IMG/VR virus record: IMGVR_UViG_2695420817_000017
Source of the DNA: a virus
Taxonomy: Duplodnaviria > Heunggongvirae > Uroviricota > Caudoviricetes
Direction: 5' to 3' (one strand)
DNA: 9,864 bases
How positions within the stretch are numbered: position 1 is the first letter of the stretch; the number at the start of each line of letters is the position of its first letter. Under the pieces are notes generated by a model. It did not search any database, was not told the DNA's origin, and saw only the letters and a program-made list of their open reading frames with translations. The translations under genes were made by a program, and so were the position numbers. Below are positions 1 to 6,758 of the stretch, in pieces.

Positions 1-381
1 TTACCGCCGCAGTCGTTCCGGCTTCTTCCACTGGTAAGTACTTTTCGCGCTCTCCCTCCGTTGTTGAGAACGGCGACGGTATGCCAGCAACTCAAGGACT
101 CTGGTTCGTATGTTGCGCATATCCACGCCGTTAAGCTCAATACCATCACGGCGCATCACCTCAGCAACAACACGCGCGTAATTTTCGGCTATCACGCTGT
201 CCGGCTGCGTGGCCTCCTGTTCGCCAGCCTGCTGGCTGATTCCGGTAATACTGCGGATTATCCCGAGCGCTTCGGTCTCGGTCATGGTCATGGTCATGGC
301 CTCCATAGTGATGGCGGGTCCTCCTTGTGGGGTGCCCTGCCACGGGGCGGGAGCATCGCGGAAAAAGGCTAGTTTTTGCAT
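1..381 (-). CDS. Hypothetical protein (maximal ORF 126 aa; start uncertain)
   Basis: Minus-strand ORF, ATG at 381..379, stop TAA at 3..1. No Shine-Dalgarno before the first ATG. Internal ATGs at 306 (AGGAGGA 12 nt upstream) and 291 (GGAGG 8 nt upstream) are better supported, giving 101 or 96 aa. Contains the in-frame (GGTCAT)x3 repeat encoding TMTMTM. No family recognised by eye. Confidence 0.45.
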   Translation of the reverse strand: MQKLAFFRDAPAPWQGTPQGGPAITMEAMTMTMTETEALGIIRSITGISQQAGEQEATQPDSVIAENYARVVAEVMRRDGIELNGVDMRNIRTRVLELLAYRRRSQQRRESAKSTYQWKKPERLRR

Positions 382-542
382 TTTTATTCGTCATCACCAC
401 CAATGCAATATATTGATATGACTTGATGTTTTATTTTTCGGTGTCGATTTCGATTGTTTTTTGTTCATCACTGACGCATAACGCCCACCAGCGCAACGCT
501 GAAAGCCAGTCAGTAAACTGGCTTCGGTCATTGTGCACTACG

Positions 543-1085
543 TTACTTGTCTTTATCCGGCTGAAACTTATCAGGCACATTTCCGGTAGTTTCCATCAGA
601 TAATCGGACAGCATTCGCGGGATGTTTTCATCAAGTTTTGTGCATGCGTTACAGGCTCTGACAACTTCTTTTTTCAGGCCATCCAGCATGACGGGGGTCA
701 TCTGTGGGAAGCTCCTTTGCATAGTAAGCGGGAGGCTGTCCATGATTGATGAAATCTGACTCGCCAGTTTTGAAAGCGCGTACATGCAAAACTCTGTATC
801 AATCACGTCACCGCGATCGCGCTCGTTTTTAAGTTCCTGCGCCTCCGCCTGTGCTGTCAGTAATCTGATCCTGACTCGTAAGAGTTCATCATCATCAATC
901 TCGCCTTTGTCGTTTGTAAGCTGGCTAATTGCATTGTTAACCCTATTGTCTATCACGCTGGCAACATCATAAAACGCCTCACGGCCTTTACGTTCAACGG
1001 GAGTCACTCCCCACTTGTCGAATGCTGTAGCACTTACCCGGCAGCTTTGCGCCATGGTTTTTTTGTTCATCAGGTGCGATTTCAT
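543..1085 (-). CDS. Small terminase subunit, lambda Nu1-like (TerS)
   Basis: ATG at 1085..1083 (the track ORF begins 3 nt upstream at TTG), stop TAA 545..543, 180 aa. The C-terminal two thirds (RLLTAQAEAQELKNERDRGDVIDTEFCMYALSKLASQISSIMDSLPLTMQRSFPQ...LDENIPRMLSDYL) match, from memory, lambda Nu1 (RLTRAQADAQELKNARDSAEVVETAFCTFVLSRIAGEIASILDGLPLSVQRRFPE...LDELIPGLLSEYI), which is also about 181 aa. N-terminal ~50 aa are divergent but HTH-like (MNKKTMAQSCRVSATAFDKWGV). Lies ~135 bp downstream of a cosN site, as in lambda. Confidence 0.8.
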   Translation of the reverse strand: MKSHLMNKKTMAQSCRVSATAFDKWGVTPVERKGREAFYDVASVIDNRVNNAISQLTNDKGEIDDDELLRVRIRLLTAQAEAQELKNERDRGDVIDTEFCMYALSKLASQISSIMDSLPLTMQRSFPQMTPVMLDGLKKEVVRACNACTKLDENIPRMLSDYLMETTGNVPDKFQPDKDK

Positions 1086-1089
1086 CAAT

Positions 1090-1260
1090 ATCCCAACTTG
1101 GTCAAGGTTTCAGGTTGGTGTGTTGGTGTTATCTTTCCCTTTTTATTCATGGAGATAGAGCAAACAACAAAACCACCACCACCACCCTGAAAAAGCTCAT
1201 AAATAGCGAAAAACCGCGAGGTCGCCGCCCCGTAACCTGTCGGATCGCCGGAAAGGACCC
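1090..1260 (-). other. lambda-type cos site: cosQ/cosN (about 1197..1260, 12-nt cohesive-end core at 1219..1230) plus divergent cosB-like region (1090..1196)
   Basis: Minus strand reads GGGTCCTTTCCGGCGATCCGACAGGTTACG|GGGCGGCGACCT|CGCGGTTTTTCGCTATTTATGA. From memory the lambda cos junction is ...CCGGTGATCCGACAGGTTACG|GGGCGGCGACCT|CGCGGGTTTTCGCTATTTATGAAAA..., so the 12-nt cohesive end is identical and the flanks nearly so. Similarity stops after TATTTATGA; the segment between cosN and the TerS start carries (ACC)5 and a tandem GTTGGTGT repeat instead of lambda R-sites. Confidence 0.8.
1172..1186. repeat. (ACC)5 trinucleotide tandem repeat inside the cosB-like region
   Basis: accaccaccaccacc read directly at 1172..1186, between cosN and the TerS start. 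A tandem octamer GTTGGTGT GTTGGTGT also lies at 1114..1129. Confidence 0.9.
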
Positions 1261-1286
1261 GCCAGCCAGAACGGGCCCTAATTTCA

Positions 1287-1670
1287 TCAACCAATCAGCT
1301 TATAGCGACCTTCCCGTGCATTGCGGCGTACACGCTCAATCTTGAGGCATAGCGCCGCATCTGGCTTTTTTGGGACAGATACGCGGCAATATTCAGAAGC
1401 GCGAGGGATATTATTTATCCAGTCAATTACTTCACTTAAATACCATGCCTTACGCCCCTCAGTAACCTGAACACGCTCAGGAAACTCACCACGGGCTTCA
1501 AGGTTTAACAAAGTTCGACGGCTAAGGGTGGTCAGTTCCATAACCTGGTTCATATCTACCAGGCGTTCGCTTAAGCGCATTTTGTCAGCAATAGCCTTTA
1601 ATTCCTCTACTGCTGGATCCGGATACATCATTTCGGCAATTGGCTTAAGGTCATTGTAATGATTCTGCAT
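1287..1670 (-). CDS. AlpA/excisionase-like HTH domain protein (127 aa), function unassigned
   Basis: ATG at 1670..1668 preceded by AAGGGGGAT, 4 nt after the decoration-gene stop, so probably co-transcribed. The central segment LTTLSRRTLLNLEARGEFPERVQVTEGRKAWYLSEVIDWI fits the AlpA/Xis (HTH_17/MerR-like) DNA-binding pattern. Ends ~55 bp before cosN. Confidence 0.6.
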   Translation of the reverse strand: MQNHYNDLKPIAEMMYPDPAVEELKAIADKMRLSERLVDMNQVMELTTLSRRTLLNLEARGEFPERVQVTEGRKAWYLSEVIDWINNIPRASEYCRVSVPKKPDAALCLKIERVRRNAREGRYKLIG

Positions 1671-1681
1671 TGTATCCCCCT

Positions 1682-2023
1682 TTACACACGAGCCAGCGGC
1701 TGAACAGAAATACCTGAGCCAACAAACGCGGCAACCTTTGCCGACAGTTCTTTTACAGACTCAGGCCAGTTCAGAGCATCAACATTTAAAACACCTGTCT
1801 TATAAACCTGTGCCTGTGTTTTTTTCGCTGTGTCGATTTGTACAGCGGAAACATAAACCGCTTTGCCTGCGCTCGTTCCATCCCATACCACTAGCGCACC
1901 AGTTGCATCTTCCTGCATCAGTGGCGTAAACGCAGGTATTACCCCTTTATTGGCTGAAAATATCCCCAGCGTAGTAACCAGTGCTTCAGTGCCAGACATG
2001 AGTTCAGTGTAATGAGTAGCCAT
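1682..2023 (-). CDS. Head decoration protein, lambda gpD-like
   Basis: 113 aa, ATG 2023..2021 preceded by AAGGGGGAG. AFTPLMQEDATGALVVWDGTSAGKAV...QVYKTGVLNVDALNWPE...AAFVGSGISV aligns by eye with remembered lambda gpD ([26 protein letters not shown]...TFYKSGTFRYEDVLWPE...TAFAGTAISIV). Directly downstream of the capsid gene. Confidence 0.8.
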   Translation of the reverse strand: MATHYTELMSGTEALVTTLGIFSANKGVIPAFTPLMQEDATGALVVWDGTSAGKAVYVSAVQIDTAKKTQAQVYKTGVLNVDALNWPESVKELSAKVAAFVGSGISVQPLARV

Positions 2024-2032
2024 TGCTCCCCC

Positions 2033-3079
2033 TTAGCCAATGCGAACGGTAACAAAACGATTGATGCGGGCCGGTATTGGCTGTGGTGCAGAGTGCGTTT
2101 GTACGTACTCAATAGCCGGATCACCAGGCACAATATAGTTTTTCGGTGCAAGTTCGGCTTTAGTCAGCCCCATTCGGATTAGCTCCGGATCCTGAATACC
2201 GCCATAGGCGACAATCCCCTGAAGAGCCGTATTGCCAAGCACCATCAAATCAGGATCAAGGAAATGTTTTTCAGTTCCGTCCTCGTCGGTATAACGTCCG
2301 CTGTAAACAACAATCGCAACATCGCCCATATACCCTTTAAAACTCACCGAATCACCAAGGTCTTTAAGGGCCGTTTCCAGTTCGGAATTAGAACCACGAC
2401 GGGTATCCAGAGCCTCTTTTATCGCTCTGAATGAACGGTATTTCTTCCATACATTACCGCCCATAATGATGATATTAGTGACGCCCTCACTAAATTCTGC
2501 GTAGCTCTCAATATCATCATTTGGATCAAAAGTTTCTTTATCCTTACCTGACCACTCAGCACCGCCAGACTGCGTGATAATATTTTGTGGTTTTATATTC
2601 CAGTCCAGTTCATAACGTTCAATACCATCGCCCTCAATGATATTTTTCCCCGTTGTGATTGCCTGAACAGCAAGCCATTCAATACGTGCACGTATAGCTT
2701 TAGCCTGATTTACAATCGCCTGTTTAACTTTAATATTACGCGCCCCAAAAGCATTGTATTGTTCAGGTGATACACCAGCAGGGCGCACAGCTAACTTATT
2801 TGGATCAATGCTGCTTTTCGGTTTCATATAGCCAGGGCGAATTGTTTTTGATTCGTATCCCTCATCTCGTGAAACTTTACTGCCCACCATAGGAGAGCAA
2901 AACGCCGCGATCGGGATATTTGGATCGTCGATCGTATCAAGAATAATGTCTCTCGATTCAAACATTACCGAGCGAGTGAAAAACAAACTGGTAAACAACG
3001 CATTTAATTTTTTTTGCACATCTTCAGCATTAGCCACCTGCACAAGCTGTGTAGGCGAATATAAATCAACCATACTCAT
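2033..3079 (-). CDS. Major capsid protein, lambda gpE family
   Basis: 348 aa from ATG 3079..3077 (MSMVDLY...); the track ORF extends further upstream, but homology favours the MSM start (lambda E begins MSMYTT). Long blocks match remembered lambda gpE, e.g. ITQSGGAEWSGKDKETFDPNDDIESYA...LDTRRGSNSELETALKDLG...GDVAIVVYSG...MVLGNTALQG. An alternative start lies at 3073. Confidence 0.85.
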   Translation of the reverse strand: MSMVDLYSPTQLVQVANAEDVQKKLNALFTSLFFTRSVMFESRDIILDTIDDPNIPIAAFCSPMVGSKVSRDEGYESKTIRPGYMKPKSSIDPNKLAVRPAGVSPEQYNAFGARNIKVKQAIVNQAKAIRARIEWLAVQAITTGKNIIEGDGIERYELDWNIKPQNIITQSGGAEWSGKDKETFDPNDDIESYAEFSEGVTNIIIMGGNVWKKYRSFRAIKEALDTRRGSNSELETALKDLGDSVSFKGYMGDVAIVVYSGRYTDEDGTEKHFLDPDLMVLGNTALQGIVAYGGIQDPELIRMGLTKAELAPKNYIVPGDPAIEYVQTHSAPQPIPARINRFVTVRIG

Positions 3080-3244
3080 CCTCTTTACATTCATTACAAA
3101 TAATTGTGAATATATTCTATTACCGATGTCTGCTATGCGAATACATGCAACCAAGTGCAATGTTGTATAAAATATGCCGTGACAACTTCAGTGCTGATAA
3201 TTCGTGTTAATGTATTTACTTCCTTTGGTCGGGATTTATGTAGC

Positions 3245-3284
3245 ATGCCGGAAAATCTATTTTTTTTCCGGCATCTTTTTGTTT
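3245..3284 (+). terminator. Rho-independent terminator-like hairpin, plus-strand orientation
   Basis: Inverted repeat ATGCCGGAAAA (3245..3255) / TTTTCCGGCAT (3264..3274) followed by CTTTTTGTTT on the plus strand. No T-run follows the stem on the minus strand. No plus-strand CDS ends here, so its target transcript is unknown (see findings). Confidence 0.5.
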
Positions 3285-3358
3285 GCAGAATTTAAAACGG
3301 TATATTATCGCCGTACGGATCATCATTCCCCGACTGTTGTTTTGCCCTGTTCAGTGCG

Positions 3359-3715
3359 TCAGTGGCCTGCCCCTGCTGGCCTTTTTTTGCCGCCCGGTCG
3401 CGCCGTTCGCGCACTGATTACGCTGTCTGCGATAACCTGCCAGCCCTGCCGCGTTTCGCCGTTCTGGCCTGTCCACTGGCTTACCTGCATGTTACCCGCC
3501 ACGCTCACCAGTTCGCCTTTGTGGTGTTTTGCCAGTGCGTCGGCCTGTCTGCCAAACGCCAGGACGGATAACCACATCGTCGCCGTTCCGTCATCTGCCT
3601 GGCTGCACGGAAGGGGGACCGCCATACTAGCCATCGCCATTTGTGTACCCTTGCTGATGGTCTTTAACTGCGGGTCAGCCACCAGCCGTCCGTAAGCCGC
3701 TATCTGTGCTGTCAT
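3359..3715 (-). CDS. SSB-like OB-fold protein lacking the acidic C-terminal tail (118 aa)
   Basis: ATG 3715..3713 with GGAGAG 8 nt upstream; start overlaps the stop of the upstream ORF (ATGA). YGRLVADPQLKTISKGTQMAMASMAV...WLSVLAFGRQADALAKHHKGELVSVAGNMQVSQWTGQNGETRQGWQVIADSV follows the bacterial SSB OB-fold pattern (G-L-DP..., W..V..FG..A...KG..V.V.G...W.D..G..R). C-terminus is basic (PGGKKRPAGAGH) instead of an acidic DDDIPF-type tail. Confidence 0.6.
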   Translation of the reverse strand: MTAQIAAYGRLVADPQLKTISKGTQMAMASMAVPLPCSQADDGTATMWLSVLAFGRQADALAKHHKGELVSVAGNMQVSQWTGQNGETRQGWQVIADSVISARTARPGGKKRPAGAGH

Positions 3716-3954
3716 GCTGTCTGCTCTCCGGTTTTAACGTTGATGGTTGTTACCTGTTCCGCTTCGGCAATCTCCCGTTCTGTCATCGTGGCAAAGTTTG
3801 CAGCTGCCGTTGTCATGAATGCGCTAATCAGTTCGGGATGTGCTTTCGCATATCCTTCCCCGGCGTTGCGGTCGATGATTTTTATCGCCACTCTCAGCCA
3901 GTGCTCTGTAAGGTCAATAGCGCGGTAGTGTGGTTGTTTGCGGTTTGCCTTCAT
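3712..3954 (-). CDS. Hypothetical protein (80 aa), translationally coupled to the SSB-like gene
   Basis: ATG 3954..3952, stop TGA 3714..3712 overlapping the next start. No family recognised. First gene after the iteron origin. Confidence 0.5.
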   Translation of the reverse strand: MKANRKQPHYRAIDLTEHWLRVAIKIIDRNAGEGYAKAHPELISAFMTTAAANFATMTEREIAEAEQVTTINVKTGEQTA

Positions 3955-3994
3955 AGTTCAGATCTCAATTTTTCGTATATATATACAAAACAGT

Positions 3995-4309
3995 GCGGGT
4001 TATGCGGGTTAGCGGGTTATCTTCGCTTGCTAAGTATTTTTTATTCCTTAATATCAATACATTACAAAATTAACTGTTTACTGTTTAGCCGTGGCGTAAC
4101 CCGCAAAATGCTCAAAATAACCCGCAAACGGGGTTTTTTCTGCGGGTTACGCGTGGCTGTTTGCTGTCACTTCCTGTTATTCATCTGCGGGTTATAATCG
4201 CACTTTTGCGGGTTATAACTGCCGTTTTGCGGGTTACGTGCGGGTTATTGATTTCCTTTTTATTCATGCAGTTAATGCACTTATACACAGAGTAACCCAC
4301 ATAACCCGC
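3995..4309. repeat. Iteron array (8-bp GCGGGTTA, about 13 copies in both orientations) flanking an AT-rich segment: candidate replication origin
   Basis: Direct copies at 3995, 4004, 4012, 4142, 4187, 4208, 4229, 4240; inverted copies (TAACCCGC) at 4097, 4118, 4302 and a variant TAACCCAC at 4293. AT-rich stretch 4020..4096, plus GTATATATATAC at 3974..3985. Begins 24 bp after the primase/helicase stop, the position PICI/P4-type origins occupy. Confidence 0.75.
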
Positions 4310-4332
4310 AACTTTTCACCTCACACAGGGGG

Positions 4333-6456
4333 TTAATCTTCTGCCTCAGGCTGGAACATCAGCACGTAAAAAACATGCTGCTTCCCCCCAATTTTGCCGA
4401 GAGCCTTTTTCTTGTAACGGCGATCGTTACCCGCTTCCAGCATTCCGGCAGCACTCAACGCGCGGGCAAAGTGGGACGGGTTAAATCCCTGTGCGATCTC
4501 CCCCTCAAACACATGAGGAAACGTGTAAAAACGGAACTCATCATCTTCATTTCTGATACTCCCCTTTCTGTATCCGGCAAGGTCTTTAATCGGTAAATCA
4601 CGTTCATCACTGTTTGGGTAAGGAAGGTATCGACTGAACCCGAACGACGACAAAAACGCCTCAGCCTGTTCAACCATCTGTTTAAATTCCCTGTTACCCG
4701 TGCCGAACTCCTTCACCCAGGCATTAAAGTTATGCTGTATTGCGTCCCGGCATTCCTGCGCGGCCCAGCCAGTTACATGACCGGAAAGCACAAGCGCGGC
4801 CTCCAGTATGGCGAAACGCTCACCCACGCGGTGGACTTGCTCGCCGTAGCTCTCCGGTATCAGGTTGCGCCACCGTTCGCGGCATTCCCTTACCGTATCC
4901 TTTGCCTCCTGCTGGTGGCCTGCCAGCCATTTAACCCACTCACGACCCGCTGCCCCGTGATTTTCTGTCCAGGCATCCTTTAACGCGTCTGCGTGCGCCT
5001 TTCCGGTGCTGTATTCGTGAAAGTGCGTGGCTTTTTCCATCGGAACGTTAAGCAGGCGGACAAGCTGCCCCGCTTTGACTTTTATCCCCTCCGTTTTGAG
5101 GAATGTCTCAACGTCCATTTCTCCGGTGCTGATTGCCACCGTGCGCCAGTGTTTTATCTCCCGGTTGCCGCCGTCCTTCGCCCCCTGTAATTTCCCGGAA
5201 CCGTTAAACAACGTATAGGCTGACGTGGACACCTCCCGCGCGTTTCCGGCCTGGCCTATTTCATCCAGGGGTAACAGCCCGTCGTTGTGCGCCTCTGCCT
5301 CGTTAGCGATACCTAACGCTGTGCCGTACCAGGTCAGCCGTTGTGCGTCCGGCTCTCCCCATAAACTTGATGCGATGTTCTGCGTGGTGGTTTTCCCTGC
5401 CGATGACTGTTCGAAAAGATGTACCCCAAAGCCGTCAGCACCAACAAGGCCAATCAAAGGTGCTGCCAGTGACGTGGCAACACCCAGCATCATGGACGGA
5501 TTGCCACCAGCCAGCCGCGCCACGCAGTCGCGCCAGCCCTCCGACGTACCCGCAACCGAATAGCCATTAACAGTGGCACTTTTTCCGGTAAACAGGATCG
5601 GTTTTTCAGAATCACCAATGATTGAGCCGTCCGGCATGATATACGCGCCAAAATGCCAGCCCGTTGTTGTGCTTAGCTGCCATTCCTCATGGCTTCCGCT
5701 TAACTGCATCCAGTCAGCCAGGATAGCCCTGTATTTGCCGTTTGTTGTCACGTTCAGCCCGTGATCTTTAAGCAACCGCCAGCCGTCACGGTCGCCAATG
5801 CCACCACACGGGATCGCCATTGTGATGACTTCATGGTTTGCTAATTTTTTCCAGCGCATCACGCGGTAATGCTCTTTACCGATCGTCCCCGTTCCCAGTA
5901 GTTCAAGCGGAGAACATAACCACGTCTCAGGCCGGATAATTTCGCCTGACTGCTTATCCACTTTGGGCGTTACCCAGAAAACACCATCGACGCGACTTTC
6001 AACGCGGGGCTTTAATTCATCATCCTGATAGCATGGCTCTTTTTTCTTTACAGGCAGTTCAACTACCTTTTTCTTTTCCGCCTGCTCTGCCCGTTCACGT
6101 TCCAGATATTCGCGCCAGTTCTCCCGTTTCTGGCTGTGCATTCCTTCAGGGTAATAATCAGCATCCCTGACACCTGCCGCTGCCAGTTTCTGCCCGATGG
6201 TATTAACAAGCCCCGGACGCAATAACCCCGCCTGATAGAGACGCACGCGATAGCGTCCGTCCGGTACGATTTGCAGGTTGTCCAGTTCGGCAAGTTGTTG
6301 CTCTCCAAGCCAGACAGGAGGCACGTTATCGCCAGCCAGTCGCCCGTCCTGTTCCTGCCACTGCTTCGCATGTGCCCACGCATCACTACCCGCAAAAATG
6401 ATGACTTCCGTCATTTTGTCACGCGGCTGGTGTTTTAAATTTGGCGCTTTTTTCAT
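4333..6456 (-). CDS. Primase/helicase-family replication protein (pri-rep, P4 alpha-like role), 707 aa
   Basis: ATG 6456..6454 with GGAGAGAG upstream; the track ORF starts 15 nt further up at GTG. Walker A motif FEQSSAGKTT mid-protein. Size, position after alpA and adjacency to the iteron array fit a satellite primase/helicase. Exact family not verifiable without a search. Confidence 0.85.
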   Translation of the reverse strand: MKKAPNLKHQPRDKMTEVIIFAGSDAWAHAKQWQEQDGRLAGDNVPPVWLGEQQLAELDNLQIVPDGRYRVRLYQAGLLRPGLVNTIGQKLAAAGVRDADYYPEGMHSQKRENWREYLERERAEQAEKKKVVELPVKKKEPCYQDDELKPRVESRVDGVFWVTPKVDKQSGEIIRPETWLCSPLELLGTGTIGKEHYRVMRWKKLANHEVITMAIPCGGIGDRDGWRLLKDHGLNVTTNGKYRAILADWMQLSGSHEEWQLSTTTGWHFGAYIMPDGSIIGDSEKPILFTGKSATVNGYSVAGTSEGWRDCVARLAGGNPSMMLGVATSLAAPLIGLVGADGFGVHLFEQSSAGKTTTQNIASSLWGEPDAQRLTWYGTALGIANEAEAHNDGLLPLDEIGQAGNAREVSTSAYTLFNGSGKLQGAKDGGNREIKHWRTVAISTGEMDVETFLKTEGIKVKAGQLVRLLNVPMEKATHFHEYSTGKAHADALKDAWTENHGAAGREWVKWLAGHQQEAKDTVRECRERWRNLIPESYGEQVHRVGERFAILEAALVLSGHVTGWAAQECRDAIQHNFNAWVKEFGTGNREFKQMVEQAEAFLSSFGFSRYLPYPNSDERDLPIKDLAGYRKGSIRNEDDEFRFYTFPHVFEGEIAQGFNPSHFARALSAAGMLEAGNDRRYKKKALGKIGGKQHVFYVLMFQPEAED

Positions 6457-6752
6457 TTCTGCTCTCTCCACGCGGCAATCATGTTTTTCAGTTCCTGTAG
6501 TTTTTTATCCACATTCACACGTGACACATGGTTTTTTCTGGAAAGCGGGATTTCCCGCCTGAATCTGCTAATAAAGATCTCCACGTTCAGCGAACTATGA
6601 AATGAATAGCCATCACGAATAAAATACACACGGTCAAACATCAGTTCTTTTACCGTTACTCTGTTACCGTTCTTATCCAGATAAATAGCGCCGGGGATAA
6701 TTTTGGGGTGTGCATAACCGCTGGCAGTCAAGCCAGATAAATATGTTCTCAT
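6453..6752 (-). CDS. Hypothetical basic protein (99 aa), AT-rich cassette gene 2
   Basis: ATG 6752..6750 with GGGGAT upstream; stop TGA overlaps the primase ATG (ATGA). Net charge about +9 by residue count. Visibly AT-richer than the flanking primase gene. Confidence 0.55.
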   Translation of the reverse strand: MRTYLSGLTASGYAHPKIIPGAIYLDKNGNRVTVKELMFDRVYFIRDGYSFHSSLNVEIFISRFRREIPLSRKNHVSRVNVDKKLQELKNMIAAWREQK

Positions 6753-6758
6753 GATTAT

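Noticed and set aside
503-524. Hairpin AAGCCAGT / ACTGGCTT downstream of the TerS stop as a terminator
   Set aside because: No U-tract follows the stem on either strand, so it is not a convincing intrinsic terminator. It may still be a structural or binding element.
1085-1345. ORFs 1085..1294 (minus) and 1115..1345 (plus)
   Set aside because: They span the cos site and its repeats. The poly-Gly and poly-Thr runs in their translations are just the (ACC)5 repeat; there are no ribosome-binding sites.
3080-3160. 27-codon 5' extension of the capsid ORF (track start 3160)
   Set aside because: Lambda gpE-family proteins begin MSM..., which corresponds to the ATG at 3079. The upstream codons have no SD and no homology.
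3204-4197. Plus-strand ORFs 3204..3695, 3362..3571, 3706..4197 and 3740..3928
   Set aside because: All are antisense to better-supported minus-strand genes or run through the iteron/AT-rich origin. Their translations are Cys/Leu-rich and low-complexity, typical of shadow frames.
3995-4309. Possible CRISPR array suggested by the regularly recurring GCGGGTTA
   Set aside because: Repeat unit is only 8 bp, spacing is irregular (8-45 bp), and copies occur in both orientations around an AT-rich core. This is an iteron origin, not a CRISPR array.
6457-6471. Five-codon 5' extension of the primase/helicase ORF
   Set aside because: The track start is GTG at 6471. The ATG at 6456 has a GGAGAGAG Shine-Dalgarno and forms an ATGA overlap with the upstream gene stop.
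4375-6562. Multiple 60-110 aa ORFs on both strands inside the primase/helicase gene
   Set aside because: Nested within or antisense to a 707-aa gene with a Walker A motif; no independent start signals.
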